Below, piece by piece: positions 8,148 to 15,741 of a stretch of 28,454 bases of DNA. The notes beneath the pieces were generated by a model. That model was not told the DNA's origin and did not search any database. It saw nothing but the letters and a program-made list of their open reading frames with translations. The stretch's first letter is position 1, and the number at the start of each line of letters is the position of its first letter. Source of the DNA: an uncultured virus (IMG/VR IMGVR_UViG_2775507110_000002) (Duplodnaviria; Heunggongvirae; Uroviricota; Caudoviricetes); IMG/VR virus record IMGVR_UViG_2775507110_000002. One strand, written 5' to 3'. Made by a program: the position numbers and the translations under genes.

Positions 8148-8181
8148 CGTATTGCCAATGCAATACGAAACCAGGTACTGT
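8148..8181 (+). promoter_or_regulatory. Promoter with overlapping palindromic operator (copy 1)
   Basis: CGTATTGC-caat-GCAATACG over TTGCCA-N18-TACTGT; near-identical copy at 23084. Confidence 0.75.
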
Positions 8182-8259
8182 GGTGTTCACCGGGACGGTC
8201 CCGGGTCGCAGACACCCCCGATCTGTATGGCGTCTGCAATACGAATGGAGGAAACTGGC

Positions 8260-9132
8260 GTGGCCAACGCCCCCAAGAAGCGCCCGCCGAACATCAGGTC
8301 CAGTGGGCGCCCCCCGAGAGGACCCCGCCCCGTGCCGACCAGCCCCAACCTCCGCGCACAGCTCCAGGACGCCGCTGCTTTCTGCCGCACCGGAGGAAAG
8401 CCGGCCCCCCACCTCGCGGACGCCATCACCCAAGTCCTCCGCCCCGGCGGGTGGAAGGCCCTCCAGGGAGTCGACGAGACCAGCACGGGCAGCAACCTCG
8501 CGATCCGCATGGCGGAGTCTCACCGCGAGAAGATTCGTGACGGAGTCAACCGGCTCTCCACGGCCGTCACCATCACCTCGCTCGTCAACGAGGGGTTCGA
8601 GAAGTTCCTCGCCGGGGAGTTCCAGCCCCGCAACCGCACCACGAAGGAACGCCGCGCAACTGGCGAGAAGATGGTGAACCTGAACGTCAGGCCGAAGGCG
8701 CACCTGTACGAGCAGGTTCGCGAGTCGGGTGTTCTGCCGATGTACGTGGCGGAGGACTACCTGATGTCGCTGTTCAACATCGGCCCGTACGCCTGGGAGG
8801 CGTCGGAGCGTCTGCCGTCGGGTGCCGACCGGCAGCCCCGGGTTCCTCTGCCGCTGCGTGACGCGATCCGGAACAAGGCTGCGTCGCTCGGCCGCATCGT
8901 TCACGACGACATGAACGAGGGCTTCCAGAAGTACCTGGCCGGCGAGTACGAGCCGCCCGTCATGGAGTGGCCGGAGGGCGCGGAGATGGCGATCCTCAAG
9001 GTCCGTCCGAACAACGAGCTGTTCGACGAGGTGAAGATCAAGGCTCAGGGTTCGCCTGAGCTGTCCCCGATTCGGATCGGGATCACGTACGTGATGGAGA
9101 AGTACGGCATCGACCCTGCGGCTACGTCGTAG
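8260..9132 (+). CDS. Putative DNA-binding regulator with internally duplicated ribbon-helix-helix-like units
   Basis: GGAGG RBS before GTG; two similar halves (VNEGFEKFLAGEFQP...NLNVRP / MNEGFQKYLAGEYEP...ILKVRP). Confidence 0.65.
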   Translation: MANAPKKRPPNIRSSGRPPRGPRPVPTSPNLRAQLQDAAAFCRTGGKPAPHLADAITQVLRPGGWKALQGVDETSTGSNLAIRMAESHREKIRDGVNRLSTAVTITSLVNEGFEKFLAGEFQPRNRTTKERRATGEKMVNLNVRPKAHLYEQVRESGVLPMYVAEDYLMSLFNIGPYAWEASERLPSGADRQPRVPLPLRDAIRNKAASLGRIVHDDMNEGFQKYLAGEYEPPVMEWPEGAEMAILKVRPNNELFDEVKIKAQGSPELSPIRIGITYVMEKYGIDPAATS

Positions 9133-9206
9133 CCCCCGCCGGGGGCGGGTTCCGGTGAGCACACCCGGGCCCGCCACCTGGTGGCGATAACCCCATAGGA
9201 GACCTC

Positions 9207-10136
9207 ATGGCCCCGGCCACCGAGGCCCCCGCCAGCGTCACGGCGGAGGGCCCCACCTCGCACACCCAAAACCAGGTCAGCCGCTTCACCGCACCGCAGC
9301 TCCGGCTCCTTCACCGCCAGCTGGACCCCAAGCGGATCGGCAAGGACGACAAGGGCTTTGCGCACATGCAGGCCTGGGACATCAAGCGGTACCTGCTCCG
9401 CGTCTTCGGGTTCGCCGGGTACGACACGGAGAACCGGGAGCTTGCCCTGCTCCGCGAGATCGAGACCCCCAACGGCAACCGGTCCAAGTGGACCGTGGTC
9501 TACCGGGCGCAGGTCCGGCTGACCGTGAAGGACGTCCACGGCAACGTCCTGGGCTACTGGGACGGAGAGGCAGCCGGCGCTGGCAACAACCTGCCGAACC
9601 TGGCCGACTCGCACGACATGGCGATGAAGACCGCCACCTCGCAGGCCTTCAAGCGGGCCGCGACTCACCTGGGCGACGCGTTCGGACTGTCGCTGTACAA
9701 CAACGGCTCCCCGCAGCCGGTCGTCCAGTTCTCTGCGGCTCACCCGCCGGAGCAGTGGGAGAAGGTCGCCGCGCCGCTGCCGGAGCCGGAGGACCCGCCT
9801 GTGCTGCCGGAGCAGGATGCGAAGCCGGCCGACGAGGAACCCGCACCGGCCGCCACCGCATCCCGCCCGCGGGGTATGTCGCCGGCCGAGACGCAGCAGC
9901 AGGTGCTGGGGCCGTTCCTGGAGCGGGTCCGCAACGGGTGGGACACCTTGGAAGCCACGCTCCAGGCCCTCGCCGAGGCAAAGGCGAAGGCGTTGCTGAA
10001 CGAGATGGTGCCGTTCGGTGAGCCGAAGGTCCCGACCCGGGTCGAGGACATGCTCAACGCCCGCATCAAGCAGCTCCGGGCCCGCCGTGACGAGCGAAAC
10101 GGGCACGCCGACACCCACGAGAGGAGCGCCGCCTGA
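9207..10136 (+). CDS. Rad52/Rad22-family (Sak-like) single-strand annealing protein
   Basis: FAHMQAWDIKRYLLRVFGFAGY, YRAQVRLTV, HDMAMKTATSQAFKRAATHLGDAFGLSLY; AGGAG RBS. Confidence 0.85.
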   Translation: MAPATEAPASVTAEGPTSHTQNQVSRFTAPQLRLLHRQLDPKRIGKDDKGFAHMQAWDIKRYLLRVFGFAGYDTENRELALLREIETPNGNRSKWTVVYRAQVRLTVKDVHGNVLGYWDGEAAGAGNNLPNLADSHDMAMKTATSQAFKRAATHLGDAFGLSLYNNGSPQPVVQFSAAHPPEQWEKVAAPLPEPEDPPVLPEQDAKPADEEPAPAATASRPRGMSPAETQQQVLGPFLERVRNGWDTLEATLQALAEAKAKALLNEMVPFGEPKVPTRVEDMLNARIKQLRARRDERNGHADTHERSAA

Positions 10137-11110
10137 TGGCCTCGGTGGATCTCTTCGCCGGCCCCGGTGGTATCGACCTCGCCGACCAGGCGGTCGGGAT
10201 CGAGTGGGACGCGAACGCGGTCGCCACGCGGATCGCCGCCGGGCTGCCGACCGTGCACGGTGATGTTCGGGACTACGGGCCGGCGGACTTCCCGGACGCG
10301 ACACGGCTCACCGGTGGCCCCCCGTGTCAGACGTTCACCGTGGCGGGTGCCGGGTCCGGGCGTGCGGCCCTGGGCGGCATCCTGTCCGCGGCCCGGAGCA
10401 TGGCTGCCCGCAGGAAGGTGTCGCACGTCTTCGACGACGACCGGACCGGCCTGGTGTTGGAGCCGTTGCGGTGGGCGTTGACCGCGGTGGACATGGGGCG
10501 CCCGTACGAGACGATCCTGTTGGAGCAGGTGCAGCAGGTGCAGCAGGTGTGGGACGAGTACGCGGTGTTGTTGGCCGCGGAGGGCTACCACGTTGCTACG
10601 GGCGTGTTGAGGACGGAGCAGTACGGGGTGCCGCAGACGCGCCGCCGGTCGGTGCTCCTGGCTCGTCTCGACGGCCCCGTTGCACTGCCGGTACCGACGC
10701 ACCGCCCGTATCGGAAGGGTGTCGCCCAGTCTGTGGGTGATCCGGGGTTGTTGCCGTGGGTGTCGATGGGTGAGGTGCTGGACCGGCCCGGCCCGTTCGA
10801 GGTGATCTCGAACTACGGCACCGGTGGTGACCCGAAGAACCGGGGGCGGCGTACGAGCTTCGAGCCGGCGGCGACGGTCACGGGCAAGGTGTCCCGGTCC
10901 CGGATCGTCGGCCCGGGCGGTGTGGAGTTGCCGCGGTTCTCCCCTGCGGAGGCCGGGTTGTTGCAGTCGTTCCCCGCGGACTACCCGTGGTCGGGCAAGG
11001 ACGTCGCCCAGCAAATCGGGAACGCCTGCCCACCGCTGCTGGCGCGGGTGCTGCACGACGCGCTCTCTGGGGCGCCGGAACCTGCATCTTCCCTGTTCGC
11101 CGCCGCCTGA
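10136..11110 (+). CDS. Orphan C5-cytosine DNA methyltransferase
   Basis: Motif I DLFAGPGG, IV GPPCQ, VI LEQV, VIII YGVPQTRRR, IX LQSFP, X QQIGNACPP. Confidence 0.9.
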   Translation: MASVDLFAGPGGIDLADQAVGIEWDANAVATRIAAGLPTVHGDVRDYGPADFPDATRLTGGPPCQTFTVAGAGSGRAALGGILSAARSMAARRKVSHVFDDDRTGLVLEPLRWALTAVDMGRPYETILLEQVQQVQQVWDEYAVLLAAEGYHVATGVLRTEQYGVPQTRRRSVLLARLDGPVALPVPTHRPYRKGVAQSVGDPGLLPWVSMGEVLDRPGPFEVISNYGTGGDPKNRGRRTSFEPAATVTGKVSRSRIVGPGGVELPRFSPAEAGLLQSFPADYPWSGKDVAQQIGNACPPLLARVLHDALSGAPEPASSLFAAA

Positions 11111-11200
11111 TCCGGCTACTGCCAACCTGCTGCAAACCATCGGCCGGTCCCATCCCGGGGCCGGCCGCAGTCATCTTCACCACCTGTTGGGAGGCCCGTC

Positions 11201-11434
11201 GTGGGCGTTGTCGTGCTGTACCTGTCCCTCTCGTTCGCCGTGTCCGCGCCGTTCGGTGTGGCCGTGTGGCGCCACCTGGCCCGCCGCCCGCAGGAGGTGC
11301 CCGCCCCGTACGCCCGGTACCGGCCGGAGCGGAACTCCGCGGTGGTGCTGGCGGAGCTGATCGTGCGTACCACCTATGTGGGCCTGGCCGACCTGTACGA
11401 GCCGCCCACCCCGACCGGGGGTGTACCGCGGTGA
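11201..11434 (+). CDS. Small membrane protein
   Basis: GGAGG RBS; N-terminal hydrophobic segment. Confidence 0.55.
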   Translation: MGVVVLYLSLSFAVSAPFGVAVWRHLARRPQEVPAPYARYRPERNSAVVLAELIVRTTYVGLADLYEPPTPTGGVPR

Positions 11435-11508
11435 CCCCGAAGCCCAGCCCGAGACCCAAGCCCGTGCCCACGCTGTGCCGACGCCCCGGAGAGGAGGCGA
11501 AGACCGCC

Positions 11509-11838
11509 ATGACCACCATCCAGCAGTACGCCGCTATGGCCGCGGTGCTCGCCGTGTTGGCGGGTGCCGGCCGGGTGTGGTGGCAGTTGCACCGCCTGCG
11601 CCGTGTGCTGCGGACGGAGCGCGCCGCCGCCCTCCTGACGGACGCCACGCACGAGAGGGACATGGAGGTGTTCCGTACCCGGGTCGCCCGCGCGGTCGCC
11701 GAGCAGCGGGCCGCGGAGGACTTCGCCGCCCGGGCCACCGCCGACCTCGCGGTGATGGCCGCGGCCGATGCGATCGTCACCGCCGAGCTGGCCCGCACCA
11801 CACACCACAACCCGCAGCAGGAGGGGGAAAACCCATGA
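11509..11838 (+). CDS. Membrane-anchored helical hypothetical protein
   Basis: GAGGAGG upstream; TM segment YAAMAAVLAVLAGAG; ATGA-coupled to the next gene. Confidence 0.6.
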   Translation: MTTIQQYAAMAAVLAVLAGAGRVWWQLHRLRRVLRTERAAALLTDATHERDMEVFRTRVARAVAEQRAAEDFAARATADLAVMAAADAIVTAELARTTHHNPQQEGENP

Positions 11839-12794
11839 CCACGACCGTCGATGCGATTGCCGCCCGGCAGCGCCTGGTGGACGACCGGCACTACCGGTAC
11901 CGGGGGTGCGCCCCCGACCCCGACCTGCCGGGCATGTCCGCGGGCGACCCGGAGGTGCCGTTGGATGCGTGGGGCCCGTACACGGGGGATGGTGCGGAGG
12001 CACAGAAGACCCGCCTGGACCGGGAGCAGACGGCCCTGCAGATTTGCAGCCGGTGCCCAGTCCTGGCCCTGTGCCGCACCTACGCCAACACCACCACCAC
12101 CGAAACCGACGCGAACGGCCGGCAGGTGGAGCACCTCGTCGAACCCGAAGGCGTCCTCGGCGGAGAGCTCGCCCTGACCCGGCACCGCCGGCTGATCGCA
12201 CGGCGGCACGACACGGTCACCGCCGACACCACCCCCACCCCGGTCGGCGACATGGTCGAGGCCCGCACCCCGCAGCGCCGCGAACTCCTCCTCGCCCTGG
12301 CCCGGGAGACCGACCCGGAGCGGGTGGCTGCTCTGGCGGGGATGGATGTACGGACCGCGAACTGGCACCGCTCCGCCCTGGTGGGCATGTTGGGCCTGGA
12401 CCGGGACCGTGCAACCCGCGATCAGCTGCTCGCCGCGGCGGTGGAGAACCGGCTGATACCCCGCTCGACCCGGATCCGCCCGGACGGGCCGTGGCCGTAC
12501 GCGGCCGCCCCGACGGCGGACGGGGTACGGCAGCGCAGGATCGCCCCCCGCCGCCCGGTACAGCTGGTGCTGCCCGCCCTGGAGGACGTGCCGCGCCGCC
12601 CCCGCCCGGCCCCGGAGGTGCGGGTGGTGGCCTCCCGCCCGCGCACACCCGCCCGGTTGGGGTCTGACCCGGTGCAGCTGCGCCTGGTGTTCCTTACCCC
12701 CACCACCACAGCGGCCGCGCTGACCCCCGCCCCGCCCCGGGGTGCGCGCCGACCCGCCCCTACCCCTTCGACCGTCCTGGAGCCCGCAGCATGA
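11835..12794 (+). CDS. Divergent WhiB-like Fe-S protein fused to an HTH and Pro/Arg-rich tail
   Basis: RGC...ICSRCPVLALC...GVLGG, then PERVAALAGMDVRTANWHRSALVGMLG (LuxR/sigma4-like HTH). Confidence 0.75.
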   Translation: MTTTVDAIAARQRLVDDRHYRYRGCAPDPDLPGMSAGDPEVPLDAWGPYTGDGAEAQKTRLDREQTALQICSRCPVLALCRTYANTTTTETDANGRQVEHLVEPEGVLGGELALTRHRRLIARRHDTVTADTTPTPVGDMVEARTPQRRELLLALARETDPERVAALAGMDVRTANWHRSALVGMLGLDRDRATRDQLLAAAVENRLIPRSTRIRPDGPWPYAAAPTADGVRQRRIAPRRPVQLVLPALEDVPRRPRPAPEVRVVASRPRTPARLGSDPVQLRLVFLTPTTTAAALTPAPPRGARRPAPTPSTVLEPAA

Positions 12795-13441
12795 ACCAGC
12801 CCACCACCGCAGGCCCCACGGCCGCGCCCGACGCCCCGTCACCCGCCCATGTCGACCGGGCCCTTGCCGCCCGCTGCCAGTCCTCCGGGGACCACATCGC
12901 CGGGCTCCTCGCATACGGTCACCTCGCCGCCGCCGGAACCGTCACCAAGCTCCCCACCGCCCTGTTCCCGGACTGGCCGGCCGACATGGTCCAGGCCGTG
13001 TGGGACGCCGCCCTCCCGGTGGGGTTCCAGGCGGGGAAACTCTCGGTGCGGCCGACGTGGACACGGGATGCCCTGGACCGGTTGCGGGCCGCCCTGGACG
13101 ACGCCGGGTACACGGCGATGGGTGGCCTGGTCGCCCGGTCCGCCACCGTGCACCCGCCCCGGCACCCCGCCGACGGCGAACAACCGGCCCCCGGTACGCG
13201 AGCACAGACAAGGAGTTCGCCACCGCCCTGGAGAAGGCCAAGGCAGCAGGGGCGAAGGTCCGCCGGGAGGGGGTGCCGCACGGCGAGTACCGGTACAACA
13301 TCCTCGGCTGCCGATGCCCGGACTGCGGCCTCGCCGCCACCGTCGCCCGCGCCGGACGCCGAGCCGAAGCCGCCACGAACACCACCACCGACGACGAGTC
13401 CCCGGCCAACACTGCCGGGGACGTCCACCCGATCCGGCTGA
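12791..13441 (+). CDS. Hypothetical protein; 3' part probably out of frame after ~13193
   Basis: ATGA-coupled; protein-like for ~134 aa, after which the codon bias moves to another frame. Confidence 0.55.
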   Translation: MNQPTTAGPTAAPDAPSPAHVDRALAARCQSSGDHIAGLLAYGHLAAAGTVTKLPTALFPDWPADMVQAVWDAALPVGFQAGKLSVRPTWTRDALDRLRAALDDAGYTAMGGLVARSATVHPPRHPADGEQPAPGTRAQTRSSPPPWRRPRQQGRRSAGRGCRTASTGTTSSAADARTAASPPPSPAPDAEPKPPRTPPPTTSPRPTLPGTSTRSG

Positions 13442-13445
13442 ATCT
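13193..13445 (+). pseudogene. Start-less fragment of an HG..Y..GCRCxxC zinc-finger gene
   Basis: Frame of ORF 12742 reads RYASTDKEFATALEKAKAAG...PHGEYRYNILGCRCPDC with GC3-rich codons. Confidence 0.5.
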
Positions 13446-13496
13446 GAAGAACGCCCTATCCGCACCTACACGTCACAACGGATACAGCGTGCACGC

Positions 13497-13631
13497 CTAC
13501 ACCCTCGGCCAGTCGTCCACCGGCGGCCAGGGGTCCTCGGGTCCCAACTCCATCTCACGCTCGGCAAGGGCGTCGCTCATCATCTCGTCGGCAAGGTACG
13601 CCGAGTCGTCGGCGTCATCCCAGTGAGTCAT
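13497..13631 (-). CDS. 44-aa strongly acidic peptide (not in ORF track)
   Basis: MTHWDDADDSAYLADEMMSDALAEREMELGPEDPWPPVDDWPRV; mostly G/C third positions; no clear RBS. Confidence 0.5.
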   Translation of the reverse strand: MTHWDDADDSAYLADEMMSDALAEREMELGPEDPWPPVDDWPRV

Positions 13632-13724
13632 ACCCAACTAACGACCAGCCGGTTCAACGCGTCACCCGACTGGTTCTTCTACTTCCTTTTTGCTGGCCAG
13701 GGCTTCCTGAAGGGGTACCAGGCC

Positions 13725-13768
13725 AGCTCAGCAAGATCCCGTTATTAATGTCGCAAAAGTATAGGACA
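13725..13768 (-). repeat. 44-bp site B, inverted copy of site A
   Basis: Minus strand TGTCCTATACTTTTGCGACATTAATAACGGGATCTTGCTGAGCT. Confidence 0.9.
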
Positions 13769-13806
13769 ACGGCACCGGGAAGCCGTGGGAGCGTGATGAG
13801 CTGCGG

Positions 13807-13960
13807 CCTCTGACGCCAGACGACCATTGACGTCCCCTACGCGGGGTTCCTGCTTCATCAGAGCCTGCCCATAATCGATCGGGTCTTCCAGCTCCTCCAC
13901 AGGCGTTTCACCTCTCCGCCCGTCCGGCGGCGAGGATGATTCGTGCAGCGTTAACGTCTC
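13807..13960 (-). ncRNA. Putative TnpB omega/reRNA: scaffold ending TCAA at 13827 plus ~16-20-nt guide (5' boundary approximate)
   Basis: After the tnpB stop: AACGCCTGTGGAG...GAAGCAGGAACCCC...GGGGACGTCAA, resembling IS200/IS605 right ends; the guide would be TGGTCGTCTGGCGTCAGAGG. Confidence 0.6.
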
Positions 13961-15026
13961 GATCGTGAACAGCTCCGCACGCCTCGCACGTCCACTGCCG
14001 AACACTGAGAGGCTTCGGGCCGTCAATGACCAGGCACATGTGACACGTCTGCGAGGAGGGAAGCCAACGGTCAACGCGATCGAATGTGCGTCCGTAGCGC
14101 ACAGCCTTGTACTCCAGCATCGCAGTGAACTGCGACCATCCGGCGTCATGAACTGATTTTGCAAGCCGTGTGCGCGCAAGGCCCTTCACTGCAAGGTCTT
14201 CCACGTACACCGCTTGGTTCTCGCGGATGATCGTGGTCGACAGCTTGTGGTGAAAGTCCCTACGCGCGTCAGCCACGTGAGCGTGAAGTCGCGCAACACG
14301 ATTCGTCGCCTTGCGGCGGTTCGCTGACCCTTGCCGCTTTCTTGAAACTGCCTGCTGGGCCTTCCGGAGCTTGCGCTCAGCTCGCCTCATGAACTTCGGG
14401 GAGGAGATCTTTCGCCCATCAGAGAGGACCGCAAAGTGTGTAAGCCCCAGGTCGATACCCACGTCTTGAGCGGCTTCCGGAAGGACCTCTGCCGGGTCAG
14501 TCTCGACAACGAACGAAGCGAAGTAGCGCCCGCTGGCATCCATGATGACTGTCACTGAAGAGGGGTCAGACGGAAGGCTGCGCGACCATCGGACGGCCAC
14601 GTCGCCGATCTTGGCCACATAGAGTCGACCGTTGGGTCGCAGGACGAAGGCGTTGCGGCATAGGCGGATAGCCTGATGCCGATCTTTCCGCGATCGGAAC
14701 TTCGGCTTACCTACCCTGCCGCCCTTGCGGGCCCCATTCAGAGACCTGAAGAAGTTGCTATATGCCACGTCAAGGTCTCGGAGTGCCTGCTGGAGAACCA
14801 CGTTGGAGGTCTCAGCAAGCCAGGCTCGTTCGGGCGTCTTCTTGGCTTGAGTGATCAGCAGCTTGGCGAGGTCTCCGGACCTGGGGAGCGGATCCCCCTT
14901 CTCCATCGCCTCTCGGCGCACTCGAAGAGCGTCGTTGTACACAGTTCGCGCGCACCCGAACGCGTTGGCCAGCGCCTTGCGCTGATCCTGCGTTGGGTAG
15001 AGCCGAAACTTGTACCGAAGCTGCAT
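13908..15026 (-). CDS. tnpB: IS200/IS605-family RNA-guided endonuclease TnpB
   Basis: RYKFRLYPT...FGCARTVYN, RuvC-I GIDLG, RuvC-II VEDL, Zn finger CHMC/CEAC, RuvC-III DRDVNAA. Confidence 0.95.
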   Translation of the reverse strand: MQLRYKFRLYPTQDQRKALANAFGCARTVYNDALRVRREAMEKGDPLPRSGDLAKLLITQAKKTPERAWLAETSNVVLQQALRDLDVAYSNFFRSLNGARKGGRVGKPKFRSRKDRHQAIRLCRNAFVLRPNGRLYVAKIGDVAVRWSRSLPSDPSSVTVIMDASGRYFASFVVETDPAEVLPEAAQDVGIDLGLTHFAVLSDGRKISSPKFMRRAERKLRKAQQAVSRKRQGSANRRKATNRVARLHAHVADARRDFHHKLSTTIIRENQAVYVEDLAVKGLARTRLAKSVHDAGWSQFTAMLEYKAVRYGRTFDRVDRWLPSSQTCHMCLVIDGPKPLSVRQWTCEACGAVHDRDVNAARIILAAGRAER

Positions 15027-15070
15027 GTACATCAGTGTACATGAACGTCTATGGTAGTACCCTGCGGTAC
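15025..15070. promoter_or_regulatory. Divergent leaderless promoters covered by a phased GTAC/TGTACA operator array
   Basis: GTAC at 15027, 15037, 15057 and 15067; TACACT-N7-ATG (tnpB, minus strand) and TACCCT-N7-ATG (antitoxin, plus strand). Confidence 0.7.
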
Positions 15071-15241
15071 ATGGATGAAGAATCGATCGAGATGTCCTCC
15101 GCTGAAGCCCGTCAGAACTTCGCCGATGTACTGAACGCCGCATCTGCACGCGGGCGCATCACGTACATCACGAGCCGAGGCCGGCGCGTCGCCGCGGTGG
15201 TTCCCCTATCGGTCGCCGAAGAGGCGGAAGCCCTGAAATGA
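15071..15241 (+). CDS. Orphan Phd/YefM-family antitoxin-like DNA-binding protein
   Basis: MSSAEARQNFADVLNAA...ITYITSRGRRVAAVVPL; 56 aa. Confidence 0.85.
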   Translation: MDEESIEMSSAEARQNFADVLNAASARGRITYITSRGRRVAAVVPLSVAEEAEALK

Positions 15242-15506
15242 CAGCAAAGCAACCTACGTCCTGGATTTCCGTTCAACATGTAGGCTGCGCCTAGCGTTAG
15301 ACGAGTGATCAGAACGGCAGCAAGTCGGCTCTGGGGCGCGCAATCGAACTGCAACTCCCTGTCGATGACGCAGAACGGCTCGCGCAGCAAATGCTCCGCA
15401 TGGCCGCCGCCGCACGCAGGCAGGCCAACCGAACTTCCCGTGCCGACCAGGCGCAGGGGCAGACCGAACCCGGCAAGGGGGATCAGGTGACGTGGCGATC
15501 TTCTGA

Positions 15507-15660
15507 GCGGGAGGTCCTGGGCCCCTTGGCGGGGGCACTTCCTCTACCGCTGGCCGCTGATGTTGGCGCATCGTGCGCGGCCACTTCCACGGCTCGGTTT
15601 GGCGACCGAGCTAAGGCCCGACTTCCGGATCCGGTTTGGCGACCGGGGCCAATCAGGTCG
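15507..15660 (+). repeat. Array of four stem-loops with identical TTGGCG loops in the rep leader
   Basis: Loops start at 15526, 15563, 15599 and 15636; stems GCCCC/GGGGC, GATG/CATC, GGCTCGGT/ACCGAGCT and TCCGGT/ACCGGG. Confidence 0.8.
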
Positions 15661-15741
15661 AGCGACTTCAGGTTCCTCACGAACCCACCCCGCGAGCGGG
15701 GCCCTTAGTGCATCCACCTACAAGAAGAGGACGGGTACATA

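Noticed and set aside
1893..13768. DDE transposon defined by TGT...ACA ends
   Set aside because: No target-site duplication (CTCGC versus ACGGC) and no DDE transposase inside; kept only as unexplained inverted repeats.
13908..15026. Nuclease-dead TnpB (TldR)
   Set aside because: RuvC D, E and D residues are all present.
15238..15294. Toxin gene coupled to phd via ATGA
   Set aside because: The frame closes after 18 codons and has no toxin motif.
15507..15660. CRISPR array interpretation of the ~37-nt periodic hairpins
   Set aside because: Only the 6-nt loop repeats; there is no repeat-spacer structure and no cas gene.
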